From: an uncultured Bacillota bacterium
Lineage (GTDB): Bacteria > Bacillota > Clostridia > Christensenellales > Borkfalkiaceae
Assembly: GCA_949290895.1 (NCBI GenBank)
Contig: CASETU010000016.1
Span: 1 to 54,979 of the forward strand
Direction: 5' to 3'
DNA: 54,979 bases
Shown one piece after another: positions 51,806 through 54,979 of this stretch. A model generated the notes under the pieces. It was not told where the DNA came from, made no database searches, and saw only the letters and a list, made by a program, of their open reading frames with translations. Both the position numbers and the translations under genes were made by a program. How positions within the stretch are numbered: the stretch's first letter is position 1; the number at the start of each line of letters is the position of its first letter.

Positions 51806-52564
51806 ATGAAAAATTCCAGGTTGGAACAAATCAAAGAGTACATCGAAAAACACGGCAAAGCGACGTATGACGAGCTGGAACAGCTCCTGCCCGACGTTTC
51901 GAACATGACCATTCGCCGCGACCTCAGCGTGCTGGAAGAGGAAAACGTGGTCATAAGGGTGCGCAACGGGGCGTATTCCGTGGCGGAGATCGGCAAAAAG
52001 ACGGAAGAACAGTTCGTACAGCGCTTTTCCTATAACGTGAGCGAGAAAAAGGAGATCGCCGAAAAGACGGCGAAACTCATCGATTTCGGCGGCTGTATCT
52101 TCGTGGACAGCGGCTCGACCACGCTGTATTTCGCCCGCATGCTGCCCGACGACAAATACTGCGCGGTAACCAACTCCATCAACGTGGCGACGGAGCTTTT
52201 GCGCAAGCACTCCCCCGAAGTTGTGCTGCTGGGCGGCGACGTTTCGAGAAACAACCTCGTCACCATCGGGCTTTCCACGATGAACTTTTTAAACGAAATC
52301 AATATCGAAACGGCGATCATGTCGACAACGGGCTTTTCCATGGAAGGCGGGTTCTCCTGCGGGGTACAGCAGGAGGCGGCGATAAAAAGCGCCGTCATCG
52401 CCAAGGCGAAAAAGGTCATCATGCTGCTCGACAGCTCTAAGGTAAATAAGAATATGCCGTATATTTTCACCAACCTCGATCATATAGATTATTTGGTGGT
52501 GGATAAAAATTTCCCCAAAAAACTCAAAGAAGAACTCGAAAGCCGCGACATAAAAGTAATTTGA
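51806..52564 (+). CDS. DeoR/GlpR family transcriptional regulator
   Basis: 252 aa, ...EYIEKHGKATYDELEQLLPDVSNMTIRRDLSVLEEEN... with a C-terminal sugar-phosphate-binding-like domain. Confidence 0.9.
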   Translation: MKNSRLEQIKEYIEKHGKATYDELEQLLPDVSNMTIRRDLSVLEEENVVIRVRNGAYSVAEIGKKTEEQFVQRFSYNVSEKKEIAEKTAKLIDFGGCIFVDSGSTTLYFARMLPDDKYCAVTNSINVATELLRKHSPEVVLLGGDVSRNNLVTIGLSTMNFLNEINIETAIMSTTGFSMEGGFSCGVQQEAAIKSAVIAKAKKVIMLLDSSKVNKNMPYIFTNLDHIDYLVVDKNFPKKLKEELESRDIKVI

Positions 52565-52632
52565 CATTCATTCGCTTGCGAAACGGTGTGCGGTGTGGTA
52601 AAATAATATAACGGTTCAAAGGTATAGAAGAT

Positions 52633-53262
52633 ATGTTCAAAAAATTACGGGCGGACATCAACGCCGCAAAACTGAACGACCCCGCCGCGCGCAGCAAGTT
52701 CGAAATATGGCTGACCTATTCGGGCGTACACGCGCTTTCCTGGCACCGCTGGGCGAACTTTTTATATAGGGCGCACCTGAAACTTCTCGCGCGCATGACA
52801 TCGCAGTTCGCAAAGTGGCTGACGGGCATCGAAATCCACCCCGCAGCGAAGATCGCGCCGGGCGTTTTCATCGACCACGGCGCGGGCGTCGTCATCGGCG
52901 AAACGGCGGAAATCGAAGAGGGCGTGGTCATCTACCAGGGCGTTACGCTGGGCGGCACCGGCAAGGAAAAGGGCAAGCGCCACCCCACCGTGAAAAAGGG
53001 TGCGGTGCTGAGCGCGGGCGCGAAAGTCCTTGGCGGGTTCACCGTGGGCGAATACGCCAAGATCGGCGCGGGCGCGGTGGTATTGAAGGAAGTTCCCCCG
53101 CACGCCACCGTCGTGGGCATTCCCGGCAAGGTGGTGCGCATCAACGGCGAAAAGGTGGCAGATTTGGAGCAGGAAAAGTGCGACCCGCTGGCGGAAGAAC
53201 TGTGCAAACTGCGGACAAAGGTCTTCGAGTTGGAAGAAGAATTGAAAAAACTGAAAAAATAA
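52633..53262 (+). CDS. cysE: serine O-acetyltransferase
   Basis: 209 aa, ...GIEIHPAAKIAPGVFIDHGAGVVIGETAEI...GVTLGGTG... hexapeptide repeats. Confidence 0.93.
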   Translation: MFKKLRADINAAKLNDPAARSKFEIWLTYSGVHALSWHRWANFLYRAHLKLLARMTSQFAKWLTGIEIHPAAKIAPGVFIDHGAGVVIGETAEIEEGVVIYQGVTLGGTGKEKGKRHPTVKKGAVLSAGAKVLGGFTVGEYAKIGAGAVVLKEVPPHATVVGIPGKVVRINGEKVADLEQEKCDPLAEELCKLRTKVFELEEELKKLKK

Positions 53263-53271
53263 GGTGCATCT

Positions 53272-54657
53272 ATGAAATTTTACAATACGCTGACGCGCAA
53301 AAAAGAAGAATTTACCCCGCTGGAAGGCAATACGGTGAGAATGTATTCCTGCGGGCCTACCGTATATAATTACGCGCACATCGGCAACATGCGCACGTAC
53401 GTGTTCATGGACCTTCTGCGCCGCGTTCTCAAAGAGCAGGGATATAAAGTCAAGGGCGTGATGAACATCACCGACGTGGGACATCTCCTTTCCGACGCGG
53501 ACGACGGCGAAGACAAAATGGAAAAGGCCGCCAAGGAGCAGAAGAAATCCCCCTACGAAATCGCGGCGTATTATACGAAGATCTTTTTCGAAGATCTGAA
53601 AAAGCTTAACATCGACATTCCCGAAATTTTGCCGAAAGCCACCGAACATATACCCGAAATGCTGGATATCGTATACGAACTTTACGACAAGGGCTATGCT
53701 TACGAAACGGACGACGGCATTTATTTCGATATTTCCAAATTCCCCGAATACGGCTGCCTTTCGGGCATCAACCTGGAAGACCAGCTCGCAGGCGCAAGAG
53801 TTGAAGTCAACAGCGGCAAGCGCCACCCCGCAGACTTTGCGGTGTGGAAAAAAGCGCCCAAGGAACACATCATGCAGTGGGACAGCCGCTGGGGCATGGG
53901 TTATCCCGGCTGGCACATCGAATGTTCCGCTATGAGCAAAAAATACCTCGGCGACGTGTTCGACATTCACACGGGCGGCGTGGACCACATTCCCATTCAC
54001 CACGAAAACGAGATCGCGCAGAGCTGGGGCACGACGGGCAAAAATCCCGCGCGCTTTTGGATGCACGGCGAATTCATGCTTGTCAACAACGGCAAAATGA
54101 GCAAAAAGCTGGGCAACACCTACACGCTGGACGATTTGGCGAAAAAGGGCTACTCCCCCATGTGTTTCCGCCTGTTCTGCTTAAACACGCATTACCGCAA
54201 AAAGCTCAACTTCACTTTCGAGGGCATGGACGCCGCAAAGACCTCTTACGAACGGCTGACGGCGCAGATATTAAAGCATAAAGCTTCCCCCGCCGCCACC
54301 GACAAAGCGGTACTCGATAAATATTTTGCGGAATTCGAAAGGGAAATCACGGACGATTTGAATATCCCCGGCGCGCTGGGCGTGCTGTTCACCATGCTGA
54401 AGGAAAAGCCGTCGAAGGACATTTACGAACTCGCCCTTAAAATGGATAAGGTGTTCGCGTTGGGCTTTGCCGACATGAAAGAGGCGCCCGCCGCGGAAGA
54501 GGACGTGCCCGAAGAGATAAAAGCCATCGCCGAAGAGCGGTTCGCCGCGCGGCAGGCAAAAGACTGGGCGAAGTCCGACGAGCTGAGAAACAAACTCGCT
54601 TCGCTGGGCTATTCGGTAAAAGACGCGAAAGACGGTTATACGCTGACGAAAAACTGA
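53272..54657 (+). CDS. cysS: cysteine--tRNA ligase
   Basis: 461 aa, ...[18 protein letters not shown]...GWHIECSAM...KMSKKLGN... Confidence 0.96.
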   Translation: MKFYNTLTRKKEEFTPLEGNTVRMYSCGPTVYNYAHIGNMRTYVFMDLLRRVLKEQGYKVKGVMNITDVGHLLSDADDGEDKMEKAAKEQKKSPYEIAAYYTKIFFEDLKKLNIDIPEILPKATEHIPEMLDIVYELYDKGYAYETDDGIYFDISKFPEYGCLSGINLEDQLAGARVEVNSGKRHPADFAVWKKAPKEHIMQWDSRWGMGYPGWHIECSAMSKKYLGDVFDIHTGGVDHIPIHHENEIAQSWGTTGKNPARFWMHGEFMLVNNGKMSKKLGNTYTLDDLAKKGYSPMCFRLFCLNTHYRKKLNFTFEGMDAAKTSYERLTAQILKHKASPAATDKAVLDKYFAEFEREITDDLNIPGALGVLFTMLKEKPSKDIYELALKMDKVFALGFADMKEAPAAEEDVPEEIKAIAEERFAARQAKDWAKSDELRNKLASLGYSVKDAKDGYTLTKN

Positions 54658-54676
54658 ACATAAAAAGGTTACGGAT

Positions 54677-54979
54677 ATGGAAAAGATCACATCGGAAAAT
54701 CTGAGAGAAAAATTTTTACGCTTTATGGAAAGCAAGGGACATAAGATCATACCCTCCGCTTCCCTGATTCCCGAAAACGACCCGACGGTACTGTTCACTA
54801 CCGCGGGAATGCACCCGCTGGTGCCCTATCTTTTGGGACAGAAACATCCCGAAGGCACGCGTCTGACCGACGTGCAGAAATGCGTGCGCACAGGCGATAT
54901 CGACGAAGTGGGCGACGATTCCCACTGCACCTTTTTCGAAATGCTGGGCAACTGGAGCCTGGGCGATTACTTCAAAAAA
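54677..54979 (+). CDS. alaS: alanine--tRNA ligase, N-terminal fragment (continues past window end)
   Basis: My translation is [54 protein letters not shown]...[35 protein letters not shown]. The frame is open to the window edge, so it is not in the ORF track. Confidence 0.85.
   Translation, partial: MEKITSENLREKFLRFMESKGHKIIPSASLIPENDPTVLFTTAGMHPLVPYLLGQKHPEGTRLTDVQKCVRTGDIDEVGDDSHCTFFEMLGNWSLGDYFKK

Noticed and set aside
52762-54066. 434-aa minus-strand ORF opposite cysE and cysS (similar cases: 47048..48298, 24070..25236, 15467..16570, 286..1275)
   Set aside because: All are antisense to genes with unambiguous family signatures and show no motifs of their own. I treat them as GC-driven artefacts.

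Overview
This window looks like a core chromosomal segment from a Bacillota/Clostridia-type genome, with GC in the mid-50s % by eye. All homology calls come from recognising motifs in the supplied translations; no searches were run.

Gene content:
- The minus strand carries the complete S10-spc-alpha ribosomal protein supercluster (rpsJ to rplQ, 2288-18226). It includes secY, adk, map, infA, rpmJ (missing from the ORF track) and rpoA, and is driven by a consensus sigma-A promoter with a long leader.
- Further housekeeping blocks are rpsF-ssb-rpsR, rmuC, cca, icd, ddl plus a murF-like gene, tsaE-tsaB-rimI, an FMN riboswitch with ribU, nadD/yqeK-rsfS, nth-obg-yhbY, an araC-family gene with kdgK-eda and an AEC transporter, and serS, deoR, cysE, cysS and the start of alaS.
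- There is one tRNA-Gly(CCC).

I found no CRISPR array, transposase, integrase, rRNA or recognisable defence system, and I cannot point to one clear-cut novel system.

The most unusual loci are:
1. An SPFH (YdjI-like) / DUF1858 / double-zinc-ribbon membrane protein trio without pspA, next to the S10 promoter.
2. An AT-rich islet with an orphan gene beside the tRNA.
3. A 657-aa membrane-anchored protein with seven exact 40-aa repeats upstream of rpsF.
4. A tandem array of three zinc-ribbon/2-TM paralogs, the middle one frameshifted.
5. A MurF-like ligase with a polytopic membrane N-terminus, followed by four phased T-tract repeats.
6. Three genes with a TGnTAnAAT-N6-ATG (leaderless-type) start architecture.
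7. A terminator-type attenuator in the S10 leader.
8. Domain fusions (NadD-YqeK, Eda-VOC) and extended ribosomal proteins (L24, L17, L5).

The many long ORFs antisense to real genes are treated as GC-driven artefacts.
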